From positions 1 to 64,000 of IMG/VR virus record IMGVR_UViG_3300045988_003641: 64,000 nt of DNA; one strand, 5' to 3'. Position numbers and translations under genes: made by a program. Below are positions 53,575 through 63,842 of this stretch, piece by piece; the stretch's first letter is position 1, and the number at the start of each line of letters is the position of its first letter. Under the pieces are notes generated by a model. The model worked only from the letters and a program-made list of their open reading frames with translations. It did no database searches and was not told the origin of the DNA. The stretch comes from a virus (lineage: Duplodnaviria; Heunggongvirae; Uroviricota; Caudoviricetes).

Positions 53575-53890
53575 TTTTAACGTGGATACTACCATCCACC
53601 CATACCGTGCCACACCACACCGGACCGTACCATGCCCAACCCTACTACACCAGACCTTATTAAAAGACCCTCTCCAAAGACCTTTTAAAAAGGTAAGTCT
53701 CATTTTAATGTAGCTGAGACTAACTACCCATACATTACCGCACCATATTATACCCTACCCCACCATACTTCACTGCACCGAGCCACGCATTACATCACTT
53801 AAAAAACCTTTTCAAAGACTCTTAAGTGATGCTGGTGAGTACCCGTTGGTTTATGCTGCTCAGTATACTCACCAAATTTTCTATGTCAAC
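53575..53890. repeat. second copy of CA-rich / palindromic-core intergenic module
   Basis: Shares GACCTTTTAAAAAGGTAAGTCTCATTTTAATGTAGCTGAGACTAACTACCC with 52140-52192. Confidence 0.65.
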
Positions 53891-53895
53891 AACTT

Positions 53896-55032
53896 TTATT
53901 CGTAGTCTCGAATAACGAGACCAACAGGGAACTGTAAAGAACCCTTACGAGTCATCTTCTGGAACTGAACCGTTAAAGGTTTCCCGATAAACTCTTCAGG
54001 ATGCTCAGCAAGATACTGTTTCTTCTCGTGTGTAGTTTTCCATGAAACATCTACAAAGACGTTAGGAAGAGTCTCTACAACGAACTTACCATGACCACGC
54101 TTATCAGTCTTTACACCAGTCACTTTAAACTCTTCAGTGTGCATCTTCTTGTGCTTAATCAAGAAGTATGAACGGTGACCACACTCATAGAAAGATTCTT
54201 CAGAGATTGAACGGTACATTGCACCTTCAAACTTAGCTTCAACCCACTTATCATGAGCTTCATCAAACTCTTCCCAAGAATTTACACGGATAGTCTGTAC
54301 AGGAACAACTCTACAGGTATCCCCAAGCTCAACAATAGGTGAGTTATCAATAACTTCACGACGCTCAGGCCAAGATTTTGAATTGTCACAGATATCATAC
54401 CAGTAGAATTTAAGAAGGTGACGGTCTGGATTGTCAGCATTCTTAATCATAGATACAATATCTTCTAAGTCCCAACCATGAGCATAAATCTCTCCGTCAA
54501 AGTCTTCAACTTGCGGATGTAATTTAAGCAACAAAAGCAAATCTGGGATTAGTTCTGTTGGAACGTTGTAAACAGTATTCTCACGAGAATAAGCTGTGAA
54601 ACTGACTGAATCAGCATCTCTTGAGATTCTACAACGTACACCATCAAGTTTTGGTTGAGCATCAGCAGGGAACTTCAGATACTTTGCATGACTAACCTTT
54701 GCAGCATCATGAGCAAGCTGTACACCTACCTTCTCAGTATTCTGTGCAGACTCTTTTGTGTAAGCATAACCTTTACGGTCAACTTGCTTTTTATACTTAG
54801 CAGCAACTTCAAAGAGAGCTTGCTGTTCAGCGTTACGCTCATTCTTTTTACCGATGTTCTTAGGCTCTGCTGTATACTCTTCAAACATCATCTTGCCATT
54901 CTCTTTACCATAGGTTGTAATAACTTTGTCACCTACAGCAACACATGACCAGACGTTGAAGGAACCATCTTTATTTTGTTTGTACAGAATTGTCATTTTT
55001 AACCTCTGAGTGATACCAAGTATTGCAAGCAT
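53896..55032 (-). CDS. ATP-dependent DNA ligase
   Basis: KxDG adenylation motif PKLDGVRCRI; 378 aa. Confidence 0.8.
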   Translation of the reverse strand: MLAILGITQRLKMTILYKQNKDGSFNVWSCVAVGDKVITTYGKENGKMMFEEYTAEPKNIGKKNERNAEQQALFEVAAKYKKQVDRKGYAYTKESAQNTEKVGVQLAHDAAKVSHAKYLKFPADAQPKLDGVRCRISRDADSVSFTAYSRENTVYNVPTELIPDLLLLLKLHPQVEDFDGEIYAHGWDLEDIVSMIKNADNPDRHLLKFYWYDICDNSKSWPERREVIDNSPIVELGDTCRVVPVQTIRVNSWEEFDEAHDKWVEAKFEGAMYRSISEESFYECGHRSYFLIKHKKMHTEEFKVTGVKTDKRGHGKFVVETLPNVFVDVSWKTTHEKKQYLAEHPEEFIGKPLTVQFQKMTRKGSLQFPVGLVIRDYE

Positions 55033-55189
55033 TACATGCGTAAAGCTCTAAGTCATTTTTATCTGGTTTGTGGAAACAGTTTGACCCACAACGACACCGG
55101 AATAGCTTACCATCAACACGAAGAATGAATGTTTCAAGCTCACCATCTTCTGTAAGAACTGCGTTCTTAAATTTATCTTCTACAGTCAT
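54971..55189 (-). CDS. small Cys-rich protein
   Basis: CRCGSNC...CNACN. Confidence 0.45.
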   Translation of the reverse strand: MTVEDKFKNAVLTEDGELETFILRVDGKLFRCRCGSNCFHKPDKNDLELYACNACNTWYHSEVKNDNSVQTK

Positions 55190-55392
55190 TTTCTCTTACC
55201 ACCAATCTCTACGTCGATAACTTGAACATCGCCAGCAACATCAAACTTATGAATGATGCTTTCCACAGTGTAAGTCCAACCCTCAATGCGAACCAACTCA
55301 CCTTCTCGTGGGACGATTGGATTACGTTGAGCTACGGTTGTAGTGGAGTGAACAACATCATAACAATAGATGTAGTTTACTAAGACTTCCAT
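55186..55392 (-). CDS. hypothetical protein
   Basis: Track ORF extends to 55491 and overlaps upstream gene by 89 nt; internal ATG with GAGGT RBS chosen. Confidence 0.4.
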   Translation of the reverse strand: MEVLVNYIYCYDVVHSTTTVAQRNPIVPREGELVRIEGWTYTVESIIHKFDVAGDVQVIDVEIGGKRK

Positions 55393-55402
55393 CGTGAAAA
55401 CC

Positions 55403-55672
55403 TCACTCAATAACCGTAGTGTGTGATTGACCATTTTTGCCATAGCTATAAGATGTTGTTGTTTGGGAGTTTGGACATCTGACAACAACAATATCTCTGC
55501 TTATAGCATCACCATGTAACTTGTATACTCTGCAATCTTGCATCTCTGGTGGGAGACTGTAAGAAGCATTTTTATCTTCATAAGAAGGGTTGCAGCCAGA
55601 TAGAAAAACAACACCAAGCGCAATTACTGCTTTCCACATAATACTTCCCCAGAGACTGTACATTTTCTTCAT
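55403..55672 (-). CDS. small lipoprotein (lipobox LSGC)
   Basis: N-terminal signal peptide ending VVFLSGC. Confidence 0.55.
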   Translation of the reverse strand: MKKMYSLWGSIMWKAVIALGVVFLSGCNPSYEDKNASYSLPPEMQDCRVYKLHGDAISRDIVVVRCPNSQTTTSYSYGKNGQSHTTVIE

Positions 55673-55902
55673 AGCAACTCCAGAATATCAATACGTTCAC
55701 CTTTGAGTACTCCAGTACGGTCTTTTGCAATCTTACCGTCAACAATAAGAATGTGTGCAGACCTTAAAGTGTCGCTGTTAAAGGCTTTTACGAACTTGCT
55801 AGGCATCACTACAATACACATCTCCTGAATCAACTCTGGAGTATAGCAATTGTCGTGAAGTTGCTGAATAACGTCTGCAAGTGTCATTTTTGATGTCTCC
55901 AA
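55669..55902 (-). CDS. hypothetical protein
   Basis: ORF 77 aa. Confidence 0.45.
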   Translation of the reverse strand: METSKMTLADVIQQLHDNCYTPELIQEMCIVVMPSKFVKAFNSDTLRSAHILIVDGKIAKDRTGVLKGERIDILELL

Positions 55903-56093
55903 TATTCAATATCTACAAGTTCTTGTGCAATGCTTTTAAGGTTACTTTTGAGGAAAACTTTCTCACCACCAGACAGGGAAGTGTTATCAATGAGTCTATT
56001 CATTCTCTCAAACAACTTCTGCTTACGGTTCTTGATAGTTTCCTTTGAAGCACCTTTCATCATCGCTGCATGGGTTCTTCCACGGTGACTCAT
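55884..56093 (-). CDS. hypothetical protein
   Basis: ORF 69 aa. Confidence 0.4.
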   Translation of the reverse strand: MSHRGRTHAAMMKGASKETIKNRKQKLFERMNRLIDNTSLSGGEKVFLKSNLKSIAQELVDIEYWRHQK

Positions 56094-56144
56094 AAGCCCT
56101 CCTATATAAGATATAGTATAAGGTACTCTTCCATGAGCACCTTG

Positions 56145-56660
56145 TCAACTTAGTTTTGCAAACTCTCCGTGGAGTTTTACAGCAGCTTCACAGTAAGCTT
56201 TATGGGCTTCTTCTTCCGTTGTGTATGTTCCTATATGTATAGTCTTACCATTATGGTTAATCTGGGCTACCCACTTACCAGACTTGCTTCTACTTGTGCC
56301 TTTTAAGTTTTTTGATGTTCTAGGTTGTCTCCTATTAGACATGTTCTGTTCTTTTGTGGCCTCTCTTAAATTGTTCCAAGCGTTATTCAAGCCATCTCCA
56401 TCTTTGTGGTCAATGTGTTTATCAGGCCACTTGCCTGTCATCCAGAACCAAGCAATTCGGTGATTACCTGTCCTGTATCCTAAAATCTGTGTGTGCATAT
56501 ACACACCAGACCTTGTGCGCTTAATTGCTCCGGCTTGGCTTCCAATAACCACCCTACTACTATGTGGAGGTCTACCAATCCATGTTAAGACCCCTGTTTC
56601 GGGGTCATAATCTAACCAAGACTTTAACTGTTCATGTGTGAATCCACAATCTCTCATCAA
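56145..56660 (-). CDS. HNH homing endonuclease with AP2-like DNA-binding domain
   Basis: HIDHKDGDGLNNAWNNL HNH core; C-terminal GKWVAQINHNGKTIHIGTYTTEEEAHKAY. Confidence 0.75.
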   Translation of the reverse strand: MMRDCGFTHEQLKSWLDYDPETGVLTWIGRPPHSSRVVIGSQAGAIKRTRSGVYMHTQILGYRTGNHRIAWFWMTGKWPDKHIDHKDGDGLNNAWNNLREATKEQNMSNRRQPRTSKNLKGTSRSKSGKWVAQINHNGKTIHIGTYTTEEEAHKAYCEAAVKLHGEFAKLS

Positions 56661-59386
56661 TGTACCTCATACCAGCTCTTACCAACCTTACCTGTGCCAG
56701 TTACAAGCGTCTCACTCTTCAAACCTAAATTCTTAGATGCCTGACCATACATCCAGTCAGTTATGGCTTTAACTTCTTGAGTCATACTTTCTGGGCATTC
56801 CCAACTGTTTTCATCGTGGTATGCCAGCAAAAGCCTAGCACCGATTGCTGGTTTTCGTCCATTTAATTTTGTCAATCCTTCTTCACATGCTCTTCTACAA
56901 GCAAGATTAATTGCCTCATTTTGAATCTGAGCCTCTGAACCCATGAGCAAATAATTCAATAACTTATGTGGAGATTTACACCACAACCAAGCTCCAGCAA
57001 CCTTTACAAAACCACCTTTAGAGATTGCAGCAGTCTTACCAAATACCTCTTCAAGTGCCTTTTTAGTTGCTTTGTAGTCAGCTTCCAAGTCATCTAGCAG
57101 CTTTTTAATTTTAGGCAAACGAATAAAGTAAGTCTGTTTAGTCAGCGCACCTTCCTGAGTAGTTGCAGCTTTAATCGTCTTAGCAAACTTCTCATCACCT
57201 GCACCGAACAGCAGTGCATAGATACCATTCTTAGCTTTCTTACGACCCTTGCTAATCTCATGAAGAAGATTCTCATCCTGAGTAGCTCGACAAGTCAAGA
57301 TGTCCTGCTCATCGTTCAAGTTAAAGTAAATACTGTTCAGTGTATGTGCATCAGTCCCTGAATAGACAACGTACAGGTCATTCTCAGAGTCATAGCGAAG
57401 GTACTTATCAATCTCTGGGTTGAGGTACTCATCAAAGTGTTTACAGTAATAGCGTCCATCTTCTTGACGAATGAACTCAATTTCTTCTTTACCTTGCGTT
57501 ACCGCTTTGGTGAAGTCTTTATCACCCATAAAGTTACAAAGAAGAACTAGCTGGGCTGAGTTCATGTCTACAGAGACAACGTTAGTACCTTCCTCACAAA
57601 TCCACACTGCCCTCATTGGTTCCCCATAGACAGCAGCACCAGACGGTACGTTTACAATACCATACTGTGTCATACGTCCAGTTGAAGTACCAAACACCAT
57701 TGCACCAGCACTAAGGCGACCATCAGGACGAATCTGGTTCAACCAACCTTTTTCATCATCCTTTGAGTTCTCAATAGTTCTGCGTCGGTGCATCAAAGTG
57801 TAGTATTTAGCAATCTTCTGTCCAAGCTCACCTTCAATCGTATCGTAAGATGATTCAGTAAGTTTTGGTGAAGTACGGATTAAGCAAGGCTCAAGCAAAT
57901 CTGTGTACTTCTTCACAGACCAGTTATGCTCAATGTACTGGACGCCTTCGTGTTCAACATAACTCAAACCACACCGCTCAACCATTTCCTGCCACTTAGG
58001 ATGCTTTGTAATCATCTTTTTATTGTCTTTGAAACGACAAACTTTGACAGGGCGACCATCAGAGTCTTTCTTGTAGTTCCAGTCATCTGGAATCCAACCA
58101 ACTGATTTCAAGTAGTCTTTAACAACTGCTACCTGAGTCATACGAGAAACTTCAAACTCAATTGGTGTATATGGTGCATCAATCAAACCTGTGTAGCGAC
58201 TTGACTCAAGTTCAAAGTGGTTAACAACGTGGCTGTTATAGTACTTCACAGTTTTGACTGTTTTTACTGGCTTCCAGTCTTTGCATTTCTTACCAATCTT
58301 TGCGTTCAACTCATTGCAAATTGCACGAGCATCCTTCATTGCTACAAAGCCTTCCTTGTACTCTTCACCAGTTACAGAGTTGGTTGGTGTATAGCAATTC
58401 CTTTTTTCAATGTTAAAAATCTTTGTAGTTGGCTTACCAAATGGTTTGATTTCGTATGTCTGCATCTCGCCATTACGTACCTGCTGACGATACTTTGTCT
58501 TAGGGTACTTGGTAATTCTTTTCAGTCCATCTGCATGACCAAATGTTTCAACATACTCATTCCAAGCTTTTGCAAACTCTTCTCCAGTGACTTTACCTTT
58601 GGTCTTAATAGTTGGAGGTAGATGTGGTTCAACCTCTGAAGCAAGCTCATTAGTCAACTTGTCAAGTTCCTTTACATGGAACTCCATAAGCTCTTTATCA
58701 GCTTTCCAACCATTGATAGCTTGTTGACTCATCCAGAAAGATGTTTCTTTAGCTCGCATGTAGGTTTCATAAGTGTCTATGCCACACTTCTTAAGCTTGA
58801 GATACTCATTATCAAGTGCCCGTTTAGTTTTGGCGTTAATACGGATATCTTCTACAACACGAGTGAAGATTTCTGCATTCCACACACCCCAATGTTCAAT
58901 CTCTGGTTTACGAACACCAACACGAGCACCCCATGCAGCCAAGCCATGAGCACCTTTATAACCCTTTGGAGTTGGTCTATCCATCCACTGAACACGAGAC
59001 TGGATAAGAGAATCCTGAAAGAAATTACTCCACGGCTTACACTTTGGATTATCAAAGTTCCATAAATCCGGTGCAATGTGATTGAAAACCCACCAGTCAT
59101 AACCTAGACCATTATGAATGCAAAGACGTTTTGCCTTTAACGCAAACTCAATACCTTCACGTAAGCCACCCTTAATGTACTTGGTATACTTGTGACCGAG
59201 GATAGGCTCATCTGTAAAGACCCATACAGGTGGCTCTTCATCGTCAGATTTATAGTCTGCGAAAGCCATTACGTGCACTTTAGTGAACTCAAGGAGTAAA
59301 CCATCAGTTTCTGTATCACCAACTAAATGTAAGTTTTTAAAATCTACGTTTTCCATTTTTACTCCCTCTAAAATCATTAACCTCAT
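56657..59386 (-). CDS. DNA polymerase, family A, with 3'-5' exonuclease domain
   Basis: Exo I VGDTETDGL; motif A VVSVDMNSAQLV; motif B KNGIYALLFGAG; motif C YHDE; 909 aa. Confidence 0.85.
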   Translation of the reverse strand: MRLMILEGVKMENVDFKNLHLVGDTETDGLLLEFTKVHVMAFADYKSDDEEPPVWVFTDEPILGHKYTKYIKGGLREGIEFALKAKRLCIHNGLGYDWWVFNHIAPDLWNFDNPKCKPWSNFFQDSLIQSRVQWMDRPTPKGYKGAHGLAAWGARVGVRKPEIEHWGVWNAEIFTRVVEDIRINAKTKRALDNEYLKLKKCGIDTYETYMRAKETSFWMSQQAINGWKADKELMEFHVKELDKLTNELASEVEPHLPPTIKTKGKVTGEEFAKAWNEYVETFGHADGLKRITKYPKTKYRQQVRNGEMQTYEIKPFGKPTTKIFNIEKRNCYTPTNSVTGEEYKEGFVAMKDARAICNELNAKIGKKCKDWKPVKTVKTVKYYNSHVVNHFELESSRYTGLIDAPYTPIEFEVSRMTQVAVVKDYLKSVGWIPDDWNYKKDSDGRPVKVCRFKDNKKMITKHPKWQEMVERCGLSYVEHEGVQYIEHNWSVKKYTDLLEPCLIRTSPKLTESSYDTIEGELGQKIAKYYTLMHRRRTIENSKDDEKGWLNQIRPDGRLSAGAMVFGTSTGRMTQYGIVNVPSGAAVYGEPMRAVWICEEGTNVVSVDMNSAQLVLLCNFMGDKDFTKAVTQGKEEIEFIRQEDGRYYCKHFDEYLNPEIDKYLRYDSENDLYVVYSGTDAHTLNSIYFNLNDEQDILTCRATQDENLLHEISKGRKKAKNGIYALLFGAGDEKFAKTIKAATTQEGALTKQTYFIRLPKIKKLLDDLEADYKATKKALEEVFGKTAAISKGGFVKVAGAWLWCKSPHKLLNYLLMGSEAQIQNEAINLACRRACEEGLTKLNGRKPAIGARLLLAYHDENSWECPESMTQEVKAITDWMYGQASKNLGLKSETLVTGTGKVGKSWYEVH

Positions 59387-59414
59387 ACATTACTGCAAAA
59401 AATTATAAAAAGCA

Positions 59415-59446
59415 AGTTGACAATGCACTTGACAAGGTGTTAATCT
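59415..59446 (+). promoter_or_regulatory. conserved tandem-TTGACA element with candidate promoter
   Basis: GTTGACAATGCACTTGACAAGGTG; TTGACA-18-TAATCT. Confidence 0.45.
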
Positions 59447-59613
59447 TTGCGAAGTGGGTTTTTACTTAAAAGGTTACTTAACAGTTTAACTATACAGATA
59501 CTTTAAATCTCTTAAAAGATTATTTAATAGCTTTTAAAAAGCTTTAAAGTATAACGTATAGAATACGTTAAGATAAAAGATTAAAACTTAATAGTTACTT
59601 AAAAGAGGCTTAC

Positions 59614-60036
59614 ATGCAGAAAATGTTTGTTCACCCAGACATAGCTGACTTTGTTAGAGCTTTGCAGAAGTTGGAAGAACTTGACATTGCTGCTCAACGG
59701 GAATATGCTCACCATCACAGGAGAATGGTTGATATACAACATGAAATAGAGTTGTCTGAAAACTATGAAGATGACTTAAAATGCTCTGTATTTGAGCATA
59801 TGAAAGATGTTGCTACAGCAAGACGTAAAGCTAAAGACACAGTTGCTTTACTGGATTCTCTTAAAAAGAGGTTGCAAAGTGGTACAGACCTGTGTAATCT
59901 AGCGTCACTGATTAACGATGTTGAAACTTCTTGGGATAGGCACTATTATCCACGTTCTGAAAAGACACTTGACTTTTCTTCATCAGAAAACTTAAAATGT
60001 TCTAGAAAGAAACTTAACCAACTGAGAGAGAAATAA
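59614..60036 (+). CDS. hypothetical protein
   Basis: ORF 140 aa. Confidence 0.55.
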   Translation: MQKMFVHPDIADFVRALQKLEELDIAAQREYAHHHRRMVDIQHEIELSENYEDDLKCSVFEHMKDVATARRKAKDTVALLDSLKKRLQSGTDLCNLASLINDVETSWDRHYYPRSEKTLDFSSSENLKCSRKKLNQLREK

Positions 60037-60037
60037 T

Positions 60038-60850
60038 ATGAATATCAATGTGGAACAGATGCTTGAAGAGAAAGGTGTTGATGAAGCATTCTTAATCAAT
60101 GCCGTAGAAAGCATGGCTATGATTCTTCGTGGAAATAACTACACAGAACAGTTTATGCCTGCAAGCTACAACTTACCTGAAGACAAGTCTGATAGTAGTG
60201 CTTTTGCAGAGCAGGTTAATATGATGCTGTGTGACAAAACGCTTGCTTTAGCATCTATCGTTGTAGGTGTCGATGCTCTTGCAGAGTTCATTTTTTATGA
60301 GATGCAGAAAAATGACTATATTGCCATGACATCTGAAGAAAAAGACTCGCTGCTGCTCTTAGATAATGATGAGCTAGTTGGCCTGTTAATTTCTTCAACG
60401 AGTGCTGTTATGGCTGCTCTTGAGAAGCGTATGAATGAGAAGTTGTCACGGTATGAAAAACTTGATTGGGGCGTAGAAGAATTAAACCCACGAATCAAAG
60501 AGATTATCCAGCAAACCAAAGCTTCTTTGGAAGAAGCTGTGAAAGATGATTATGTAGCTGGCATAGAACCACTACAGGTGAAAGTTGCATTGATGATGCC
60601 AGCTATCTCTACGATGATGAATATCGTTGCATTAATCCAGCTTTCACAGATGATGGGTACAACCATCGAGTTCATTGAGAGTATGACTGGTGGTGTCAGT
60701 ATGCAAGCAATCAATGATGTTTTGGTGAGCATTGGAGCTTCAATCATTGAAGAGAAACTGCGCATTAACTTTGGTGACGATTTTGTGAAGCAAATCGCAG
60801 CTATGGCTGAAAAAGAACACTCACAGATTACCACTGAACAACTGCACTGA
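60038..60850 (+). CDS. hypothetical protein
   Basis: ORF 270 aa. Confidence 0.55.
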   Translation: MNINVEQMLEEKGVDEAFLINAVESMAMILRGNNYTEQFMPASYNLPEDKSDSSAFAEQVNMMLCDKTLALASIVVGVDALAEFIFYEMQKNDYIAMTSEEKDSLLLLDNDELVGLLISSTSAVMAALEKRMNEKLSRYEKLDWGVEELNPRIKEIIQQTKASLEEAVKDDYVAGIEPLQVKVALMMPAISTMMNIVALIQLSQMMGTTIEFIESMTGGVSMQAINDVLVSIGASIIEEKLRINFGDDFVKQIAAMAEKEHSQITTEQLH

Positions 60851-60911
60851 GTTTTTATAAATATTACAAGCCTCCTTAGTTGGGGGCTTTTTAGTAATTA
60901 AGGGAGATAGA

Positions 60912-61655
60912 ATGAGTAATATTATCGCATTTACTGGAAAGGCACGCTCTGGAAAAGACACCTCATGTTCTATTGTGAAGAACATCTTAGAGGATGAGTA
61001 CGGCTACAATGTTGCTGTAATGGCCTTTGCAGACAACCTTAAAATGTCTGCATCAAAGATATTTGACCTGACTTGGAATGACCTGTATGGTGAAACTAAA
61101 GAGACTCCACAGGTATTTGACTTATCATATCCTGAACTGATGTTTAAAGTTACGGAAGCTATGGAGTTCACCTTCAGAGATGAACGTTACCATATGGACT
61201 TCAAGCTTATGTCAGAGTTAACCGGACGATTAATCATGGAGCTTAAGAAGGTTGCTAAACCTACCCTATTAACACGTCTGGGATTTAGTAAAAAGTATAA
61301 ATTCTCATCAAGACAAATTCAACAGATTTGGGGTACTGAAGTTGTCCGTAAAGTAATGGGCGACAAGTTCTGGTCTAAAGACCTTGAAAAAAGAATGGTT
61401 AGATTCCATGAAATGTGCTCACTTAGAAATCAATATGGTTTTGTCTTAATCAGTGATTTAAGATTTGACTCTGAAGCTGAATGGCTGAGTAGATTTGCAC
61501 ACCAAACTATTGAAGTAAAAAGAGACAATGTGGACAAAGTTTCATCACATGTTTCAGAAAATGGGATTTCTACAAAATATGAGCGTGACATTATTCATAA
61601 TAATGGTACTCTTGCAGACCTTGAGAACAAGCTAAGAGCCATCATTAAAGTTTAA
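60912..61655 (+). CDS. deoxynucleoside monophosphate kinase-like P-loop protein
   Basis: N-terminal IIAFTGKARSGKDT resembles T4 gp1 dNMP kinase P-loop. Confidence 0.6.
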   Translation: MSNIIAFTGKARSGKDTSCSIVKNILEDEYGYNVAVMAFADNLKMSASKIFDLTWNDLYGETKETPQVFDLSYPELMFKVTEAMEFTFRDERYHMDFKLMSELTGRLIMELKKVAKPTLLTRLGFSKKYKFSSRQIQQIWGTEVVRKVMGDKFWSKDLEKRMVRFHEMCSLRNQYGFVLISDLRFDSEAEWLSRFAHQTIEVKRDNVDKVSSHVSENGISTKYERDIIHNNGTLADLENKLRAIIKV

Positions 61656-61663
61656 AAGAGAGA

Positions 61664-61864
61664 ATGAAGATGAGAGTAAAAGACAATTTTAAAGTTATTG
61701 ACCACCGTTTAGTGGAACTCTCATCTCTTTCCAATGAGGTAATGATTGAACGTCTTAAGAGAGTTGAATCACGAAGGAAAGAGATTGCAGATGAAATTCA
61801 TGAACTGGACAAGATTGAAAATGGATTGAAGGCAGAACTACAACGAAGAGGTGCTAATGTCTAA
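61664..61864 (+). CDS. hypothetical coiled-coil protein
   Basis: ORF 66 aa. Confidence 0.45.
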   Translation: MKMRVKDNFKVIDHRLVELSSLSNEVMIERLKRVESRRKEIADEIHELDKIENGLKAELQRRGANV

Positions 61865-63842
61865 AGGTCGTAAATTGAAAGAGGCTGGTCAGTTTGTTGG
61901 TCATTGCGCATGTCCACGTTGTGGTTCATCAGATGCTGGTTCAATCTATCATCATGACGATGATTCTTATTCAATGACTTGCTTTAGTTGTAACAAAGGT
62001 TTCCCAGAGTGGGATTTTGATAAAGGACAAATTGTGAGCACTTATTCTACTGGTTCAGACAATAAAAACCGTACTTTCCGTGGAATGGATTTAGACGATG
62101 TAAAAGAAAACCTAGAAGCAATGGACTTGAAAGATAGGAAGATTCCTGCAAAAGTCCTTGAACGCTTAGGTATCAAGGTTGACATTGACAGTGATGGTGA
62201 AATTGACGCGCATTTCTATCCAACTTACAAACGTAATGAAGATGGTAAGCTAGAGCACGTTGGCTACCGTGTTCGTCACCGTTACCCAGAAGACCATCCA
62301 AAAGAACACCTACGAGGTAAGTTAAAAGACTTTTCTGGTGGTGTTGGAGACATTAAAGGTGAACTGGCAATGTTCGGTTCATGGATTGCTCCAGAAGGTG
62401 GTAACCGTCTATTCATCTGGGAAGGTGAGATGGAATGTGCGACAGCAATCTATATGACTTCTCTTGCGATTAAGGATAAATCTCGTCGTAAGAATTACTG
62501 TCACGTATCTGTTCCATCAGGTGCAAACATCAAGTCTATCAAAGATAACTATCAGTACATTACATCATTTGATGAGATTTACTTGTGCTTTGATAACGAT
62601 GAAGCAGGTGCTAAAGCCACTAAAGATGCTGCTGGTATCCTACCTATTGAGAAGGTTCGTTTATTCCAGTATCCAGAAGGCGTAAAAGACCTTAACGAGT
62701 GGTGGACAAAGTTCTATAAAGAGAAAGACACAGTTCTGGAAGGATTTAAGCAGCGTATCTACAATGCACCTCGTTACTGTCCTGCTGGTATCAAGAACTT
62801 TGCAGATGGTTTTGAGGCAATGAAGAATCGTGGTCAGATTCCATTGATTCCTTTCCCAGAATCTTTCGGAGATTTGAACAGGCTGACTTATGGTGGTTAC
62901 GGTTTAGGTGAGATTACAACTATTGCAGCACCATCTTCAGTAGGTAAGTCAGCTTACACTCGTGAGATGATTTATTCAGCTTGGAAAGAAACTGATTATA
63001 ATATCGGTGTAATTCCTGTAGAAGATACTTACGAAGAACTTATGGAAATGCTCTGTGCAATCCACCTGAGCAAGCAGATTTCTGAGATTCCTTATGATGA
63101 ACGGGATTGGGATGAATTAAAAGGAGCACACGCAGAACTATCTAAAGGCCGTCGTATCCATATCGTTGACCATCAAGGGGCAATTGACCAAGATAACCTG
63201 CTAGAGTTTGTTGACTATCTTGTTAACAGTTTAGACTGTAAGATTATCATTCTTGACCCTATCACGTTAGCCCTGTCACGTTCTGATACGGATGAAGAAG
63301 AAGTTTTGTCTGAGCTATTGCGTCGTTGCAAACGCTACCAGTATGCGCAGGTAAACGTATGTCACGTTCGTAAGAGTGCAGGTGGTCAGAAAGCTAACTC
63401 TGAAGGTGGAGATATCTCTGAAGAGGATATTAAAGGTTCTGGTGCGTATTTCCAGATTTCTATGAACAACATTCTGTTAATGCGTAACAAGGTTGACCCA
63501 GACCCTGTTAAGAAAAACTTGACAAAAATCAAGTTAACTAAGTGTCGTCGTCATGGTAAGTCAACAGGTATTGCTGGTCATACTTGGTACAATCCAGATA
63601 CAGGACGTCTTATCAAAGCTTCTGGATGTGGTGTTGATATTGATGGTGCAGCAGAAAATATTCGCCAGCAGTTTGGTATTGGTGAAGCTGAAGACCATTA
63701 CGATGACTCTTTGCCACATTATGAGGACGAAGTGTTTGACCGTGAGACTGGTGAAGTCTATACTGAAGAGCAGCGTCAAAGCTCAACGATTCCACCTGTA
63801 TTAAGTGAGGATGCAGATGACTGCCCGTTCGAAACTGAGTGA
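61857..63842 (+). CDS. DNA primase-helicase (T7 gp4-like)
   Basis: N-terminal zinc ribbon CPRCGS...CFSCNKG, TOPRIM-like DNDEAG, Walker A SSVGKSAYT. Confidence 0.8.
   Translation: MSKGRKLKEAGQFVGHCACPRCGSSDAGSIYHHDDDSYSMTCFSCNKGFPEWDFDKGQIVSTYSTGSDNKNRTFRGMDLDDVKENLEAMDLKDRKIPAKVLERLGIKVDIDSDGEIDAHFYPTYKRNEDGKLEHVGYRVRHRYPEDHPKEHLRGKLKDFSGGVGDIKGELAMFGSWIAPEGGNRLFIWEGEMECATAIYMTSLAIKDKSRRKNYCHVSVPSGANIKSIKDNYQYITSFDEIYLCFDNDEAGAKATKDAAGILPIEKVRLFQYPEGVKDLNEWWTKFYKEKDTVLEGFKQRIYNAPRYCPAGIKNFADGFEAMKNRGQIPLIPFPESFGDLNRLTYGGYGLGEITTIAAPSSVGKSAYTREMIYSAWKETDYNIGVIPVEDTYEELMEMLCAIHLSKQISEIPYDERDWDELKGAHAELSKGRRIHIVDHQGAIDQDNLLEFVDYLVNSLDCKIIILDPITLALSRSDTDEEEVLSELLRRCKRYQYAQVNVCHVRKSAGGQKANSEGGDISEEDIKGSGAYFQISMNNILLMRNKVDPDPVKKNLTKIKLTKCRRHGKSTGIAGHTWYNPDTGRLIKASGCGVDIDGAAENIRQQFGIGEAEDHYDDSLPHYEDEVFDRETGEVYTEEQRQSSTIPPVLSEDADDCPFETE

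Noticed and set aside
53521-53703. 60-aa ORF on minus strand
   Set aside because: Falls within the CA-rich repeat module and translates to low-complexity sequence
58217-59065. Two plus-strand ORFs (134 and 129 aa)
   Set aside because: Antisense to the DNA polymerase gene and hydrophobic low-complexity; chance ORFs
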